Below the pieces are notes generated by a model, which searched no databases, was not told where the DNA came from, and worked only from the letters and a program-made list of their open reading frames with translations. A stretch of 64,000 bases of DNA from Meiothermus sp. (GTDB taxonomy: Bacteria; Deinococcota; Deinococci; Deinococcales; Thermaceae), in assembly GCA_033762915.1 (NCBI GenBank), contig JANRLD010000115.1, positions 32,001 to 96,000 of the forward strand. The letters run 5' to 3'. Positions 61,678 through 64,000 of the stretch are shown piece after piece. The translations under genes and the position numbers were made by a program. How positions within the stretch are numbered: position 1 is the stretch's first letter; each line of letters starts with the position of its first letter.

Positions 61678-63507
61678 ATGGCTGCCGGCGTTCCCGATAC
61701 CCCCAACCTGAGCGCCCGCGTATTGCTCTCCGACCTCGCCGCCACCACCCGGCTGGTCTGGGAGAGCAGCCCCTGGCAGACCTCGGTGATCGTGCTGACC
61801 TCGGTGCTGCAGGCGTTCATCCCAGCGGCCACGCTTTGGGTGAGCAAGCTGCTGGTAGACGACGTGGCGCTGGCCGTGCAGGGGCGGTTGGGGGGCGGCT
61901 TCCAGACACTGGTGGGGCTGCTGGCGCTGCAGGTGGGCATCGGGGTGGCGGGGACGATCCTCTCCACCCTGCAAAACGCCTCCAGAGACCTGCTGGGCGA
62001 CACCCTGCAAAACCGGATTCACCGCAAGATTCTGGAGAAGGCGGCCAGCCTCGAGCTGTCCCACTACGAGAGCCCCAAAACCTACGACGCCATGCTGAAC
62101 GCCCAGCGCGAGGTAGGGAGCCGCCCGCTGGGCACTTTTACCCAGGTCCTGACGCTACTTCAGGCCGTTATCACGCTGGGCTCCATCGGGGCCTTGATGG
62201 CGCGGCTGGGCTTCTGGGTGATGCCGCTGGTGCTGTTGGCGACCATCCCCGGCGTATGGGTACAGACCCGCTACGGCTTCGAGAACTACCGGATGCTGCG
62301 CCGCCGTGCGCCAGATGCCCGGATGCAAAACTACCTGGCTAACGTCCTGATGACCGACGCGGCGGTGAAGGAAGTTCGCATTTTCGGCTTTGAGGGCTAC
62401 GTGCTACGGCGCTGGCAGGAGGTGTACCAGAAGTTCCGGGCGCAGCTGGTACCCCAAATCTATGCGCGTAGCGGTTGGGGCTTACTGGCCTCGCTGGCCT
62501 CGGCAGGGCTGATAGCCCTGGCCACCGCACAGGTGCTGGCCAGGGCTGCCGCCGGGCGGATCACCGTGGGCGATTTCGCACTGTTCGTGCAGGGCATTGC
62601 GACGATTCAGGGCACCTTCTCCGGGCTGCTCTCGGGCTTCTCGGGGATTTACCAGAACCTGCTGTACATGCGCAACCTGTTCGAGTTTCTGGAATTAGAG
62701 GCCAGGGACCTCTCCGCCGGGCGGCAGTGGGAGGGCCCCATCGAGGCCATCGAGTTTCAGAACGTCAGCTTCCGCTACCCCGGCGGCTCCAAGGACGTGT
62801 TATCGGGCGTGAGCTTCAAGATTCGCAAGGGCCAGGCGCTGGCCCTGGTGGGCGAGAACGGTGCGGGCAAGACCACCTTGGTCAAGCTCCTGACCCAGCT
62901 CTACGCGCCCAGCGGCGGGCGGATTCTGCTGAACGGCCAGGACGCCGCACTGTTCAGCCCGCGCAGCGTCCAGCAGGCCATGAGCGTGATTTTTCAGGAC
63001 TATGGGCAGTACGAGCTGACTGTGCGGGAAAACCTGGCCCTGAGCGATATCGCGGCCCAGCAGGACGACCCGCGCCTGGGGGCCGCTGCGAGAAAGTCCC
63101 AGGCCGACGAGGTGCTGGCCGAACTGCCCAAGGGGGCCGACACCCAGTTGGGGCGCTACTGGGACTTCGGGCGCAAGCTCTCGGGCGGGCAGTGGCAGAG
63201 GCTGGCGCTGGGGCGGCTCTACTTCAGGGACGCCTCGGTCTTGATCTTCGACGAGCCCACTGCGGCCCTGGACGCCCAGGCCGAGTTCGAGGTGATCGAA
63301 AACCTACGGCAGCAGGCCAAAGACCGCATCACCGTGCTGATCTCGCACCGCTTCTCGACGGTGCGGCTGGCCGACCAGATTGTGGTACTCGAGGGCGGCC
63401 TGGTGGCCGAGCAGGGCTCGCACGAGGAGTTGCTGAAGCTGGATGGAATCTACGCGACGCTGTTCAGGTTGCAGGCCAGGGGTTATCAGGAGCGGGGGAT
63501 CGAGTAG
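61678..63507 (+). CDS. ABC exporter, fused permease/ATPase
   Basis: N-terminal TM domain, GENGAGKT, LSGGQWQRLAL, DEPTAALD, ISHRFSTVR. Confidence 0.92.
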   Translation: MAAGVPDTPNLSARVLLSDLAATTRLVWESSPWQTSVIVLTSVLQAFIPAATLWVSKLLVDDVALAVQGRLGGGFQTLVGLLALQVGIGVAGTILSTLQNASRDLLGDTLQNRIHRKILEKAASLELSHYESPKTYDAMLNAQREVGSRPLGTFTQVLTLLQAVITLGSIGALMARLGFWVMPLVLLATIPGVWVQTRYGFENYRMLRRRAPDARMQNYLANVLMTDAAVKEVRIFGFEGYVLRRWQEVYQKFRAQLVPQIYARSGWGLLASLASAGLIALATAQVLARAAAGRITVGDFALFVQGIATIQGTFSGLLSGFSGIYQNLLYMRNLFEFLELEARDLSAGRQWEGPIEAIEFQNVSFRYPGGSKDVLSGVSFKIRKGQALALVGENGAGKTTLVKLLTQLYAPSGGRILLNGQDAALFSPRSVQQAMSVIFQDYGQYELTVRENLALSDIAAQQDDPRLGAAARKSQADEVLAELPKGADTQLGRYWDFGRKLSGGQWQRLALGRLYFRDASVLIFDEPTAALDAQAEFEVIENLRQQAKDRITVLISHRFSTVRLADQIVVLEGGLVAEQGSHEELLKLDGIYATLFRLQARGYQERGIE

Positions 63508-63515
63508 ATCAACGA

Positions 63516-63884
63516 TCAACGCTTGAAGAACGGCGGCTCGGTGTCGAGTTGCAGCGGCGCCGGAGCGCGGTCGGGCAGGTGCAGCACCCTCGAGACCGGG
63601 ATGAAGCGGAAGCGGGGCTGATGGAGTTGGTTGTTCTCGAGCAGGTACGGATTGCCCAGCACGACCTGCTGACGCTCCGGGAAATAGCGCCAGCGGCCCT
63701 CGTGGCGGAGGGTTCGCCCGCCGGCGAGTTGGACGGTCTGGCGGTAGGTCTGGTTGGGAAGTAGCTCGAGGCGAATCTCTCCCAGGCTCGATCGCTGGTC
63801 GTAGGTGCCCACTACCGCCCGCTCGGGCACCGCCACCCCGCAGGCGGCGAGGAGCAGCAAGACACATAGCCAGGGCGGTTTCAC
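63516..63884 (-). CDS. Small hypothetical lipoprotein
   Basis: GTG start gives MKPPWLCVLLLLAAC; VVGTY and EGRW beta-rich body. Confidence 0.6.
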   Translation of the reverse strand: MKPPWLCVLLLLAACGVAVPERAVVGTYDQRSSLGEIRLELLPNQTYRQTVQLAGGRTLRHEGRWRYFPERQQVVLGNPYLLENNQLHQPRFRFIPVSRVLHLPDRAPAPLQLDTEPPFFKR

Positions 63885-64000
63885 ACTGGCCGTAGTGTAG
63901 GTGGAGGCGGGGGGCTTGAGGTTCGCGGGGGTGACAGTTGGCTCGAGGGATGACGTTACGCCGACTGATTTCGAGGGCAAGTTTTGGCTGCACGGCCGTG

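Overview
GC-rich chromosomal window, most likely from Thermaceae (Meiothermus/Calidithermus-like). The assignment is inferred from LysW-type lysine genes, a GlnRS with a C-terminal YqeY domain, leaderless TANNNT promoters and very frequent CTCGAG. In order: (1) 1-3297, the end of a contractile-tail prophage module (sheath, tube, chaperone with a -1 slippery site, two small ORFs). It stops without a tape-measure gene and finishes in what looks like a Mu/Tn7-type transposon end (four CAAATAGCGTG repeats plus an 8-bp terminus ending ...ACA) just upstream of mraZ. (2) 3.5-19.7 kb, dcw cluster mraZ to ftsZ, with an embedded lipoprotein and an FtsW carrying a long loop insertion. (3) 20-30 kb, dmpA and an alpha-aminoadipate lysine operon with a Lys-Lys leader attenuator, interrupted by hicBA, phzF-like, ridA, dinB and aldolase genes. 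(4) 30.7-46 kb, a FabH-like/acyl-CoA ligase/hydrolase/MaoC/Liv-ABC operon, a low-GC HEPN-motif gene, a divergent MalT/SARP-like regulator and a patatin. (5) 46.5-58.6 kb, five tandem paralogous lipoproteins (Ig-like stalks plus a beta-propeller with variable loops), one frameshifted at a G9 tract directly after its lipobox Cys. (6) glnS, an ABC exporter and a small lipoprotein. A roughly 80-105 bp three-stem palindromic repeat occurs four times. All calls come from reading the sequence and recalling family motifs; no searches were run.
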